In this document: in pieces, positions 11,782 to 24,503 of the stretch
How positions within the stretch are numbered: position 1 is the stretch's first letter
How the letters are laid out: each line of letters begins with the position of its first letter
Source of the DNA: Octopus bimaculoides
Taxonomy: Eukaryota
NCBI RefSeq assembly: GCF_001194135.2
Contig: NC_068987.1
Span: 58,969,329-59,006,320, forward strand
Length of the DNA stretch: 36,992 nt
Direction of reading: 5' to 3'
Notes under the pieces: generated by a model
What the model saw: the letters and a program-made list of their open reading frames with translations, nothing else
What the model was told of the DNA's origin: nothing
Database searches by the model: none
Translations under genes and position numbers: made by a program

Positions 11782-12024
11782 GGTTGGATGAAATAAGCAT
11801 AATATGAGATTTAACCCGGATGCTCTACATTTTCTACTAACTCATTTAATAGCGATAATATAATGAAATTCTTATAAATTCACAGCCAAATTAAGAAACC
11901 CAATAGTTTGTTGATACGATGCAGTAATAAGAACTCGAACCAACCAGGGAATCTCTAATCGGTTATTCGAACTGCTAGAAACAGTATTGATGAATGGGTA
12001 ATACATTCATCAATACATTATGTC

Positions 12025-12122
12025 TATATAAAAGATAGAGTGGATGCAAGCGGAACGTGTTTGATTATAGACCTGCTCGTTTAGGGTTGGTCTGGGGTAA
12101 AACAAGAACAAAAACAACAAAT
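12025..12122 (+). mobile_element. Family S5, 3' fragment
   Basis: ATAGACCTGCTCG...GGTCTGGGGTAAAACAAGAACAAAAACAACAA. Confidence 0.55.
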
Positions 12123-12609
12123 AAGATCAGTTAGTTAGTGAAATTGGCTCAATTACTCGCTGAAATACTTATGCTACAAAATCTGTCGGGAGTGAAGAAA
12201 GCGAACACTTAATACTCTTATTCGCTTCTTAATTGATGTTTTTTTTTAACTAAGTAAAAAGATCAATACTTTCGATTACGGTTTATAGAGAAAAAAACTG
12301 TTTAATAGCTCTTCACAAAATGTCAATACTTTCTGTTATTTTGATAGTTTGACATACATACATTCGTACACGCATACACATTTATACGTACATACATACA
12401 TGATCATTGATTAAAAGAGAAAAAAACAAAACAAAAAAAACAACTTCAAAGCGAGATCAGAAATATCCGATTAGACGAGATGGTTGACATCTCACACGAA
12501 ATCTATATTTTTCTAGAAAAGCTCTGTTTATTCACTAAGCGACTCAACAGCAAATACGGGAGTCTAGACCGATTGAACATAATGCATTGATCATCCAAAC
12601 GCTAATATA

Positions 12610-13687
12610 GACAAAAGGTTCCAGATATTGGGAAAGTTATTTAGTCGATTAAATCAACACTGTCGTACAACTGGTGCTTAGATTATCTCTTCCAGAAGAG
12701 ACGAAAGTCAAAGTCGGTCCCCGTGAGAACTTCATTCACACTGTAAAACGAAGTAGCGCTAGGTCCACTGCCTGTTCTACTATCTTAATAACGATCCCTA
12801 ATTTAACTCCAAGACCAGCAATTTTGAAGGAAGACCTAAGTCAATACCGTCGATCTCGGTATTTGACAAGTATTTTATTTGACAGGTCACTGGAAGGAGG
12901 AAACAGAATGTTGACAATAACAGAATTTAAACTAAGAAACTACAAAGCTAGAACAAATATTGCAAGATATTTTGTCCAACGCTCTAACGATTCTGCAAAC
13001 CTACGACTCTAAGATTAACAACCATGATAATCGTTTCAAATTTTGGTACAAGGCCGACAATTTTAGAAAAGGGACTAGTCGATTACATCGACTCTAGAAC
13101 TTGGCTGGTACTTATTTTCTTGACACCGAAAGGATGAAAGGCAAAGTTAACCTCGGTTGCATTTGATATCAGAACCTAAAAAGACGGAAAAAATGCCGCT
13201 AAGTATTTTCTCCGATGCACTAACTATTCTGTCAAATCACCGCCTTAAAAATAATAATCCGTCCTACCAAAGGCACAAGGCCTGAAATTTTGAGGCGGGG
13301 ACTAGTCAGTCATATCGACCTCACTATATAACTGGTACTTATTTTATCGACCCCGAAAGGATGAAAAGCAAAGTCAACCTCGGTGGAATTTGAACTCAGA
13401 ACGTAAAGACGAATGAAATGCTGCTAAACGTTTTGCCCGGCGTGCTAACGAGTCTGCGAGGTCACCGCCTTAATAATTCTTTCTACAATAGGTACAAGGC
13501 CTGAAATTTTTGGGGAGGGACCTAATCGATTATACGCACTAGTGCGTAACTGGTACTTATTTCATCGACCCCAAAAGGATGAAAGGCAAAGTCAACCTCG
13601 GCGGAATTTGAACTCAGTACGTAACAGCAGACGAAATACCGCTAAGCATTTCACCCGGTGTGCTAGCGATTCTGCCAGCTCGCCGCC
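12610..13687 (-). mobile_element. Chain of five S3 SINE copies (two very degenerate)
   Basis: Clear units at 13025-13245, 13246-13470 and 13471-13687; degenerate units at about 12610-12785 and 12785-13010 with the same motif order. Confidence 0.8.
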
Positions 13688-13929
13688 AATGATAATAATG
13701 ATGACGATTTCATTTATTTGTCACAAGAGCAAAGAATGAGGGGGACAATACAAAGACAAAGTGTGGGAGTTTACATATAATGAAATGATCAAAGGGGGAG
13801 GTTAAATATACATGGTATACAGTGAAAAAGAAGGGACACATACATAGTATACAAAGGTTTTTGTCTTTTTAAAAATAGAGGTGGGAGGAGGATGATAGAG
13901 ATGCAGCTCTTCTAATACAGGTGGGCCTC

Positions 13930-14010
13930 TAGGGATAATCGAAGAAACCCACTGTCCGAGATTTCCCTGAATACCAAGAGCAAGTGCCCTCTCCAATTCC
14001 TTCTCTACGA
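13930..14010 (-). mobile_element. Short LINE RT remnant
   Basis: ALGIQGNLGQWVSS resembles the LINE RT motif LGI.G.LL.WI.SFL. Confidence 0.3.
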
Positions 14011-14252
14011 TTTAGAGGTCTACACCGAGAGAATAATAATTTCTGATATAAGTACACGACCAGCAGTTTTAATCGGCGGGGTGGGATTTGAACTCACAAA
14101 GTAAAGTGAGAGAAGTGCCGTACAACAAACTACCAGTTCGAATAATAATTCTCTCAATAATACATTAAATTGAGAAAAAAATCCCCCCAAATAAAATAAA
14201 ACATTCCAGCGATAACCATCCTGTCTGTTTTTTAAGCATTATATCTCGGACA

Positions 14253-14345
14253 GGAGGCGCAATGACCCAGTGGTTAGGGCAGCGGACCTCCGGTCATACC
14301 ATCGCGGTTTCGATTCCCAGACCGAGCGTTGAGTGTTTATTGAGT
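14253..14345 (+). mobile_element. SINE family S1, tRNA-derived head only
   Basis: A box TGACCCAGTGG and B box GGTTTCGATTCC, then non-tRNA sequence. Confidence 0.7.
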
Positions 14346-14461
14346 GGGCAATTTCTTTTCTGACACGAAGACAATGAATAACAAAATATTTTATAGAAAA
14401 TAAAACTGAAAACGAAAAATGCAAAAGGAGAAAAAAATCTATGCAGATTATGCTATTTTTT

Positions 14462-14655
14462 GTATTTGTTGTTGTTTAACCCTAGGACAACACTGATCAA
14501 ATAGACCTATGCTCAATAGCATTCCGGCCACAGCCATGTGGTCCTTTTTGCGGTATGTAGGTTTATGTTAGCTAATATTTCCTCTCCTTTCCTAAGGTGG
14601 CACAGTGTGATGTAAAAAATTGGCTCTATTTCTAGCCTGTCAAGCAACACGTATA
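14462..14655 (-). mobile_element. Family S5 copy
   Basis: Reverse complement of the same motif order, with a TTGTTGTT tail at the left. Confidence 0.55.
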
Positions 14656-14689
14656 CGTTTTACAGGTGTAAGCGGATGGTGGCTTGTTA

Positions 14690-14830
14690 GAAACGGTTGG
14701 GCAGTGAATTAAATGCTAAAGACATTTAGTTTTGCTCATCATTCTGAGTTCAAATCTTGCTTGGGTCGACTTTACCATTCATTTCAGCAGTATAGATAAA
14801 ATAAGTATTCTTGTATTGGGTCGACTATAT
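14690..14830 (+). mobile_element. Partial S3 SINE
   Basis: TTCTGAGTTCAAATCTTGCTTGGGTCGACTTTACCATTCAT...GATAAAATAAGTA. Confidence 0.7.
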
Positions 14831-15544
14831 TCCTCTTACGCATTTCTGCGTCAATGTGAGGAAGCAATATTTACATTTCTACTTGTCAACAAGATTTTAA
14901 TGTGCATACACGGTTTTTAATGATATAAGTATACATTATACATATAACCATCGACAATTATAGAAATGCATTGTTTTGGAGGAATTCTCTCCCTATATAC
15001 GAGTTTGTCCAACTTCACGAAGTTTAGGATAACAGCACATAAACTATAGGATAATATTAAAAAAGTGAACTTTACTATATGATTTCTTACATCTGTTAGA
15101 TAAATACCACATGCCACATTTGCACAGTTAAATGACATTATGACTAAGACTCCAGGATCGATTCGAATTTGCCTTTTTTCTGGTGTTGAACGGAAGCTTG
15201 TGATTAGCGGAGCATATTTAATAACTAGGGCATAATGTGTTTACATTAAATCGATAAAAGCAGTACCAATATTTTATTGATTTCTAACGTTTGTATAATG
15301 TTGCACATTTTGGGAGAAGCGTATAGTCAATCAAATCGACTCCATTACTGAATAATCAATCCCAGAAAGAGGAAGTCAAAGTCGACCCGTGTATTTCTTC
15401 AATTGTCTAACAACCTGCCCTAACTACAGTTAACCTTCCGTACCCCACACCAGCCATTTTTCAAAGTGCCCTACATTGAAACTACGTCAATTTCCAGCCA
15501 TTTCCGACTCCTGTCAACTAGCTCTACAACTAACCATTAAGAAA

Positions 15545-15730
15545 GTAGTCTCAACAAGGTTTTTCGACCTGCAAGAAATAACAAAATGTCCCTCTAAGAC
15601 CATACCGTCTTAACATGAGACACATTCGACAACAATGCAAGTTTTAGATACCTTTAACAAATCGGGACGGGGTACGGGTGGAATGTCGTTGATTTACCAG
15701 ACTCGGTCAAAGATCACTTAGGGCTAAATT
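15545..15730 (+). mobile_element. Family S5 copy
   Basis: CGACCTGCAAGAAATAAC...CCGTCTTAA...GGAATG...TAGGGCTAAA. Confidence 0.5.
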
Positions 15731-16769
15731 CCATCATTACAAACCACATCATTTCACCACCCTACGTTAGTCATCAAACAAGAAACCAATAAACAATCAA
15801 CAACCCATATATCGGAAGCAGCATGATCGAATGATTAGGAAGATTGCAGGTTAGATCCCATTGCGTAGCATCTTGGCTAAGTATATTTTATCATAACCTC
15901 TGTGTAAGAAGACTGAAACTGTGTGGATTGCATCTGTAATTTAAAACCCCAGCTTTTGTCACAAATGTGCCATGCTGAATCTGACTCCCTATTACTTTAA
16001 AGTGAACTAGAGTCTGTAGAATATTCAACCACTTTTTTGCTAATTCAGTGAGCAGGTTGCTCAGTTGATTAAACAACTGAATGTTCATTACTGGAACCGA
16101 TGGGGATGCATCTATCCTCCACTTCTTCACAATATTAAGAGCAACTACCATAATCACTTCAGTAGCGTAGCGTGGGTCTTGGTCGCCATGTGCAGTAAGC
16201 CTATTTAGCCACGTCCTTCCTTAAACGTGAAGTACCTTCAGCATATATTTGCACCCTCCCCAACAAAATGGCTACCTCGTGCAGTCCGCATGCTCTGCAC
16301 TACGCCGTCGCACCACTGCTACGACCATCCCCATTAACAACAATAATGATATACCACCATCGACGACACCACCAACGACGACAATATCATCAGAATCGCC
16401 TCGGTTTCGCTTCTATTTTATTCAGACATTACTTAGAGCTCCACCCACGAAAAAATCCCACCCACAAAAAAAACCCACGTATTGATGTTCTATCTCATTT
16501 TTAAACCGAGCTATTAAAGTAGAGCGTGAATCATTGATCTTTCAATTGTGTCACTGTCCTTGTTACCTTTCATAATCTATGATGATCATTCACAATCAAG
16601 GACAATAATATCGATATTTTTTATAAGAATAATTTTGCTATTGATTTGAATACCATATGTAGCGAACATATAGCACAGTTCTAGTTCTTTATGAGAACAC
16701 AGCTCCTGAAAAGCCCTCACTAGAAATGCGAAGGAGTTCTCCGGGTTTCGTACAACGTGCAAACACTCT

Positions 16770-17305
16770 AGTCTCCCATTGTTTAATCTCTTGGCAAAGT
16801 GATTTCTACTAACTTTGCAGAATCCTCCTCCTCACCTGCTTCTCTATTATGATGGTTCTGCATGCTGTACTTTCACGAACACATCATTCACATATGCTGT
16901 CTGCTCCGCACCCAACTCCTCACTGCACACACCAGGAAAATCCCTTCTAAAACCATCGCTTTCCAATTAGACAGTTCCACCACTATGTACAAATATATGC
17001 CAAGTAAGAAGGCATTTCTGGTCGTTTCAAAACAAACCCACTGGCTCTGGCAATGTCCTTTCCATTTGCCTCAAACAATATACACCATAGTCAACTCCTA
17101 TCATCATCGAACCCTTCAGTCGACCCCCGTTGTATCCTCTATATAGGGATAAATCTCAATCTGGAAAATCTTGCAGTGTCCCATTCTGAAGCTCACCTCA
17201 TCTGATCCTACCGATTATCGTACAAACACATCTCATTGTTGATGGGGATAGCTATTAACAACCTTCTCCAATACTCTTTCCTTCTTTCAAACAAAAACCT
17301 AAAAA
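16770..17305 (+). mobile_element. Degraded CR1-type LINE ORF2 fragment (region just before the RT core)
   Basis: Frameshifted peptides LAK/ISTNFAESS, YDGSA, KPTGSGNVLSICLK, WKILQCPIL, SSDPTDYR and INNLLQYSFLLSNK follow the CR1 order (...GPDG.P.IVLK...WK.A.VQP.PKKGD.S.PSNYRPI...). Confidence 0.6.
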
Positions 17306-18294
17306 CTTTGGCATTAATTTTTGTTTAGTAGATACAACATCCGACGACACATAATGAATTACTTTTGACAGAGCTGGATATGTTTTCCTTGATTTTAGAG
17401 ATAACATGCATACTGAATTTTTGTTTGAAGTTTTATCAATAAGAAATATTTAAGATTTTTGCTGAGGATGCAGTTACATTCCGCTAGCTTTCTATTTTGT
17501 CTATTGAAGATTTAATCTATATCTTGATTTGGCTGCGTATAAATATATTTTATTAACTTTAAAGAATTTAAATTATGTGTAATACAACTGTTTCAGCTTT
17601 AAGAATGTTCTTATCATTATTTTTTAAAAATTGGAAATTTTACAGTGGAAATCAGATATATCTGCTCAGAATTTCATTACTCTTAACTGCGGAAAGCTGT
17701 TTTATATACTAGTCTATCTTTTGTTGAGGAATGTCAAGTTTGAAACTATTTTTCAGTTGAGATATATCAAATTTATTGAAGCAACGTGACTTGCAGAAAA
17801 TATCAATGTTATATTTTGGTAGATGTTTAAAATCATTACTCGAATAACAATTAAATTTGACCCCTTTTAAACTGAGTTAAGTTTTACAATTCCTTTCAGA
17901 ATATATATATATATCACATAAAATATGATGACAAAGGAATAAACGATTATCTTATGAACTTCATAAGCTTACAGCTGTTTCTACTATAAGATGCAGTGGA
18001 TTCATAGCTGAGTGCTTGAGTAACACTTTATAGCTTCACTAGAACCTCAAGTATGAAGTACAATTTCTTTGGGAAAGAATTGCATTTATGCATATATAAA
18101 AGAAAAAACATAACCAATGAGAAAGCCAACACGAACGTCGTTTATTCCTTCGTCATCTTATTTTCTTATTTCTGCTCTATACTCTACTAATGTTTCCTGC
18201 TGAAGCATATGTATATTGAGTTCTACATTAGGTTATTAGTCTAGCTGTGCCTAAGTGACACGCACGCATAAATATAATGCGGAGTTGTATAATA

Positions 18295-18830
18295 GGCGGT
18301 AAATCAGTACGATAGTTAAAATGTTAGACAAGATACCTCAAGACATTTTGTCGCTGTACTATACGTTCGGAGTTCAATTGTCAAATTCAACTTCATCTTT
18401 CACCCCCAAGGTGTTAATAAAATTAAGTACTGCGGTTATTTTAATTGACTATGTACCCAACTCGTAAAATGTATAGCTGTGTGTCAATACTAGAATTCAA
18501 TTCATTGGATTGTAAATCTTTATTTTTGATGTGTAATAAAATGCGGAATTTATATGAAAACATTAGAACGATTAGTATATTGTATTATTTAAGCACAAAG
18601 AAGGTGGCAAGCTGACAGAACTGTTAGCAAGCCGAACAAAATGTTAAGTGTAATTTCATCCGGCTTTATATGTTCTGACCTCAAATTCCACCGAGGCCAA
18701 CTTTGCCTTTTATCCTTTTGGAGATCGATGCAAAAAATACCCGTCAAGTACTGGGCTCGATGTAATCGACTATACCCTAACCCCCAAAACTTCAGGTCTT
18801 GTGTCTGCCGGTGGCAAAAAGGATTATTTA
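18295..18830 (+). mobile_element. Two S3 SINE copies (18295-18500 degenerate; 18601-18830 clear)
   Basis: AAGGTGGCAAGCTGACAGAA...CTCAAATTCCACCGAGGCCAACTTTGCCTTTTATCC...AAAGGATTATTTA. Confidence 0.75.
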
Positions 18831-18893
18831 AGCCTAAATCAAAGAGAGAATAATACAGAACTACTTCATCATATATATATATATATATATATA

Positions 18894-19392
18894 GCTGATC
18901 AAAAAGTATCCAATCTGTTCAATAAGTATCCGGCCTGTTGCCATAGTAACAAAGCTAAAGTACGTAGAGTAAAGCCACTTGGCACAGATTGACCTTGAAC
19001 TCTGCAGTGTATGCACACCAAGTTTCAACGTTCTAGCTCACTTCCGCTATTTACAGCAGTGCTTGAAAGGAAGGTATGTAGCGTGTGACCATCGCAATGA
19101 ACACGACAGAGAGGGTTGAGCAGAGAATCTGCATCAAATTTTTCTAAAAACTAGGCCATACCTGCTCAGAGGCTTGCGCAAAGTTTTCGAAAATTTTCAT
19201 CGTTCTCGATAGAATCAAGGAGATCATGTGCAATTGAAACCCGAGTGTCTTTTTGGTCAGCTGAAAGCAGTTATGGCACAAACTTGGCAGACACGCGTCT
19301 CATACCCAGATCTTCAGTGATAATGCATTGAACTGAACAGTAACTAATCTGCACATCCTCGGATAACTCACGAATGGTGATTCGACATGACA
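18894..19392. mobile_element. Second, truncated copy of the same rearranged mariner
   Basis: Same left end. Plus strand: MNTTERVEQRICIKFF*KLGHTCSEACAK. From about 19185, minus-strand transposase: RITIRELSEDVQISYCSVQCIITEDLGMRRVSAKFVP*LLSADQKDTRVSIAHDLLDSIENDENF (HTH plus the mariner WVP-equivalent FVP linker). Confidence 0.88.
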
Positions 19393-20067
19393 ATGTATAC
19401 ATGCATGTATGTCATATACAAATACATACATATATAATTACACGCTTACATACATATATGTGTGAGTGTACATACTTAGCTGCATACATGCATACATACA
19501 TACATGCATACATACATACATGCATCTCTGCACTGTTCAGTAGTGCTACGTTGTTTTTGGTTTTACTGACGACAAAATGCACAAAAATAAAACGATAAAT
19601 AAAAGGAAAAGGAATGACAATGAATTATAAACGAGAGTAACATTAATATGGTGTTCAGCCGAAATCCTATCCACTGAAAACAGATGTTACTCGGTCATTA
19701 TAGGAATAAAGTTACGAAGTTTGTGAAAGTGTGTAATCAATTTTGTCACCTATAGTATCTGAAAAGTATCATATTTTCGGGAATATAAAGCACATTGGCA
19801 AAATAAGGTGCACACCAATTTAGACAGAGAAATATACAAAGAAAACGTAATTAACCCAAGCTCTCTTATCTGAAAGTCTCACGCCCTCAGTATTCGTCCC
19901 AATTGTATATCACTAAAAAATAAATGTTCTGGTTATTAAATGGAATATTGGTACAGTACAGATTGGCCTACCACAACACTGGAACTACAGTGATGTTGTT
20001 AGAAGTATTACTGTCCGGGGCAACGCTTGAGTCTGCTTCCTACCCATCTGGGCGGCTAAGCCTGCTA

Positions 20068-20402
20068 AGACCCCTTTCGGTCATGACTGACCATGGGATT
20101 GCACCTAGAAAGTAATCCTTCGAAGCACCAGTCAGGGCAAGGTTGTTTATGGAAGACCAGCAGTCGCCCATACATACCGGCCTCTCCTCTCCACGCCACC
20201 AGTGTTATCCAAGGGAAAGGCAAAGGCCGAAACAGCTTGGCACCTGTGGCGTCGCAACTCATTTCTACAGCTGAGTGAACTGGAGCAACGTGCAATAAGG
20301 TGTGTTGCTCAAAAACACAACATGCAGCCCGGTCTGGGATTCGAACTCACAACCTCGCGATCGTAAGCTCGACGCTCTAACCACTGAGCCATGCGCCTTC
20401 AC
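20068..20402 (-). mobile_element. SINE family S2, near full length
   Basis: A and B boxes, CORE-like TTGAGCAA.ACAC.TTATT.CACGTTGCTCCAGTTCACTCAGCTG, and a 3' end shared with the 4004 copy. Confidence 0.88.
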
Positions 20403-21227
20403 TGCCGCTAAGTCTATATAGGCTTATATAGTAGACACAAAAGTGTCGTCCAATAAAAAGTATCGACTAGAGCGAACCGCCTCTCGTCCACTCTCCAGCT
20501 ACACTTCTGTGAAACTACCACTTACCAGTAGCCCTAACCTACCCGAAGCCTAATCTTGAGCATATACGGCGCAGAATAATTCTCTTGGATATTTTTGTTT
20601 TTTTGAAACTAAAAAAAAAAAAAAAAAAAAATGTGTGCCTTTTATGCTCGAAATACTGTACTTGCTTTTATCTACCCTGGAAAGTTAAATGATAATGTCG
20701 ATCGCTGTCGTGGTAATAATTTCTGCAGCTGTATCAATTCTGCCAACTCACCTGTTCAATAAATGTATCACTATTTCAGCTGTCGTCCCATTGTTCATTA
20801 TTAATTCGTGTTTTAAGTATCTGAGGAGTTGAATCGAGTCTGTGACACGGTTTTAATCACTCCTTATAGTCCGCTTACTGAAATTATCGCTTCTAATACT
20901 TTTAGATATATGAAATGTCTGATCATCACGAAGATGCAGTTATCTTGTCCAGTAACATGTGACAGTTCCTGATGCCGAATAAATAAGCTAATTGTCAAGA
21001 AACATTGAACATTGATATCCACTTCGACATTTTATCACGTAAACACACACATAACACTGATGCACTCAATCAAATGTGTATTTGTGCGCTCGCACGCCTG
21101 ATAGAATTATGGGTAGATCACCATTGAACAGAATCCGCAGATGTTGCAATCAGGATGCAAAGAGCTGAAGCAAACATCAAGCAAGCTGTCCCATGTTCTA
21201 ATAATTTTGTCAATCCACGGTGCTGGA

Positions 21228-21310
21228 CCGTGGCCTAGTTATTAGGACATTCAGCTCACGATCATAATGCCGTGGGTTCAATTTCTGGGTCGGGCGGCGT
21301 GTTGTTTCTC
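21228..21310 (+). mobile_element. Degenerate tRNA-SINE head (S2-like)
   Basis: GTGGCCTAGTTATTAG...GGGTTCAATTTC. Confidence 0.5.
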
Positions 21311-21429
21311 TTTCCTCCTCCAGCAATGACATCCTGGATGCGTTGCTGGGTCAAAGAGTGGGGAGAGATACGAGAAAGTCTATGTCTGCTTTTGACTATA
21401 TAGGCATCTAAAAGAATTAGCGAGCCATA

Positions 21430-21520
21430 CTCGTTTGCGAGTAATGTCTGATTCTTTCTTTCAACTGAACAAAATAGATGTCAGTGTTTGACTGACACTT
21501 TTCACAGTGAAGTTGATCGC
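21430..21520 (-). mobile_element. Possible Penelope-like GIY-YIG endonuclease remnant
   Basis: CEKCQSNTDIYFVQLKERIRHY resembles C..C...YIGET...LKERI.EH; the short match and missing YIG limit confidence. Confidence 0.3.
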
Positions 21521-21728
21521 TGGGAAATCTGAGCTCAGTTCGTAAAGGGACATAAATACAATAAGGCAGTTTCTCTTGCTTTATTGATTTTACCTCGACC
21601 CACCACCACTCTACCGACATTTGCGTTAATAATTTCCTACATAAAATAATTCATTACATTAAATCAGTAATTCATTTTGTCCGATATTCAACGTGTTTGA
21701 TTCATCTCTATTGACAGACCCATTCGAG

Positions 21729-21881
21729 CAGTCATAGGCAAACTGTGGCCCTCGGGCCTTTCTAAATGGTACGCTTAATAAAAAAACAAATTTGAATTTT
21801 TTTTTAGCAGTGTTGAGCCCGCCTAGTAATGAGCCACATGTCTCATGCAGTTTGCTTCTTAAAAATGATTGCCCAGGCTTG
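21729..21881. mobile_element. hAT (Charlie-like) MITE, about 150 bp
   Basis: Left end CAGTCATAGGCAAACTGTGGCCCTCGGGCC; right end ATGATTGCCCAGGCTTG. These are typical CAGGC.TGGGCAAAC..CGGCCCGCGGGCC-type ends. Confidence 0.55.
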
Positions 21882-21930
21882 CATTAGAACTTTGGAGTGA
21901 TTATTTAGCTGTAATCATTCCAGCTGTCTA

Positions 21931-22045
21931 CGCTCTGAGTTCAGATTCCCCCGCTCTGAGTTCAGATTCCCCCGCTCTGAGTTCAGATTCTTTCGTTCTT
22001 TCAGGGTCGATAAATAAAGTACCAATCCTTTACTAGAATCGATTC
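21931..22045 (+). mobile_element. Partial S3 SINE with a triplicated B-box segment
   Basis: (CGCTCTGAGTTCAGATTCCCC)x3, then TTCTTTCAGGGTCGATAAATAAAGTACC. Confidence 0.75.
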
Positions 22046-22388
22046 TTCTTTTTCTAGCTCTTTTTGTCAGTGGAACTTACTTTTGAAAGAAAAGCTGTGG
22101 CTATGTCTGGAGAGGAATGGATTCAGCCAGATCTTAAAATTCCCAAGACACGCCATATGTCACCACAACACTCCTATGACTTTATCAAAGAGATGAGGAT
22201 CCAAAGCAAGGAAAGACCCACTCCATCATTCACGCATAAATTTATTTTTCCGGTATACAATATATTAGTTATCTTATTTTTACCGAAGCCTTTTTGTAGC
22301 TACACATGTGCAAAATAAAGAAACCAAATCTCCTTCAAACCATATCACACCATTTTAGAAAGGATACACTGGTTAATGTAATTTTATG

Positions 22389-22839
22389 ATAATAATAATC
22401 CTTTCTACAATAGGCACAAGGCCTGAAATTTGTGGGGAGGGGACTAGCCGATTACATCGAAACCAGTGTTTCACTGGCACTTAATTTATTGACTCCGAAA
22501 CGATGAAAGACAAAGTCGACCTCGGCAGAATTTGAACTTAAAACGTAGCTGCAGACGAAATACTGCTAAGCATTTCGTCCAGCGTGCTAACGAATCTGCC
22601 AGTTCGCCTTCATTATGACAATAATGGTGTCCTACAATTGGCACAGGGCTTGAAATTTGCGGGGAGGGAGCTATTCGATTACAACGAACCCAGTGCTCAA
22701 CTGGTACTTATTTTATCGATCCCGAAAGTATAAAAGACAAAGCTGACTTTGACAGGATTTGAACTCAGAACATAAAAGGGAACAAAATGCTACCAAGCAT
22801 TTTGTCCGGCGTACTAATGTTTCTGCCAGCTCACCGCTT
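22389..22839 (-). mobile_element. S3 SINE dimer
   Basis: Units at 22389-22609 and 22612-22839. Confidence 0.9.
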
Positions 22840-23624
22840 TTGTGACAATAAAAATGGGTTTATAATGCTCATATACACTACAAAGCCCCAACAATAACGA
22901 CAACAAAAGCATACGATTTTACTTGGAGCACCTATGTTTCCTATTTAAGTACTAAGTTCGACGTTGCTTAACTTCGATGACCGGACGAGAACCGGTCTTT
23001 CAACGTGATAAGGAAATAAACGATTTTGAGATCCCTCATACATAGCAAAAGGCGATATGATCACAAATGGAATATCTTTGATCATAAGCGTAAATGATTA
23101 CGATTGGAATAGCTTTAATCAAAGGTCTGCTAGTTCAAGGCCGACCCGGAGTTGAATACCAAAAGCTATGAGCAATACTCTACTTGCAAAATGGTTTCAA
23201 CAGAAATTAGAAAGCCGGGGGTTTTAGAGACGACTAACCGAGAACTAAAATGTCGTACCTACCCGCAAAAACTTGTCACAATTGAACCTATTAATAACTC
23301 GGGTAGACATAATGTGAGAAAGAAAAACGAATGAAAGTCACGATTCATAAGCTTTGTGAGCAACAATAAATTCAGTAAACGGCATAGAATAAAATCCTCA
23401 CGTTTTGTAAAAATAAATTAAATAGTGTGATAAAGATTGAAACTAGCGAATCGCAACAGACTAATTTTTTCTAATGTTTTTCCTGTCGACTGTTTTGGGT
23501 GTGGGTCAGTTAGCAAGTTAAGTCATCCTGAAATAAGGGATTGGCTCTAAATAGGCCAAGAATGTATCTAATGAATACTTTTGTCTATCAATCTAATTGC
23601 GTAACCTCCAACACACCAAATATA

Positions 23625-24192
<568 letters not shown>

Positions 24193-24340
24193 CAGGAGTT
24201 GGTGTGTGGTAAGAAGCTTGCTTCCCAAGCACGTTTCCGGGCTCAGTCGCACTGCATGGCACCTTGGGCAAGTGTCTTCTATAGCCTCGGGCCAATGAAA
24301 GCCTTGTGAGTGGATTTGGTAGAAGGGAACTGAAAGAAAC

Positions 24341-24413
<73 letters not shown>

Positions 24414-24503
24414 AGAATAAGTCCTGGGGTTGATTTGTTCGACTAAAAAACGGCGGTGCTCCAGGATGGCCGCAGTTAAATGACATGTAAAAGAATAAAA
24501 GAA
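24193..24503 (+). mobile_element. CORE-type SINE family S4 with an internal (TG)n
   Basis: GTGTGGTAAGAAGCTTGCTTCCC...GGCACCTTGGGCAAGTGTCTTCT (CORE)...(TG)n...GGTGCTCCAGGATGGCCGCAG...TAAAAGAATAAAAGA. Confidence 0.85.

Noticed and set aside
12674-13012. 112-aa ORF
   Set aside because: Antisense reading of degenerate S3 SINE copies.
14253-14325. tRNA gene calls for A/B-box sequences (also 20330-20402 and 36877-36930)
   Set aside because: No complete cloverleaf with paired acceptor stem; each continues into SINE body sequence.
15890-16260. Possible LINE remnant (CRIFNHFFANSV...TGTDG)
   Set aside because: Similarity too weak and fragmentary to assign.
20150-20172. Minus-strand MGDCW, resembling the calpain catalytic GDCW motif
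   Set aside because: It lies inside the S2 SINE body; the same segment occurs in the 4004-4288 copy and the context is not calpain.
20530-20560. Telomere-like CCCTAACC
   Set aside because: A single imperfect unit, not an array.
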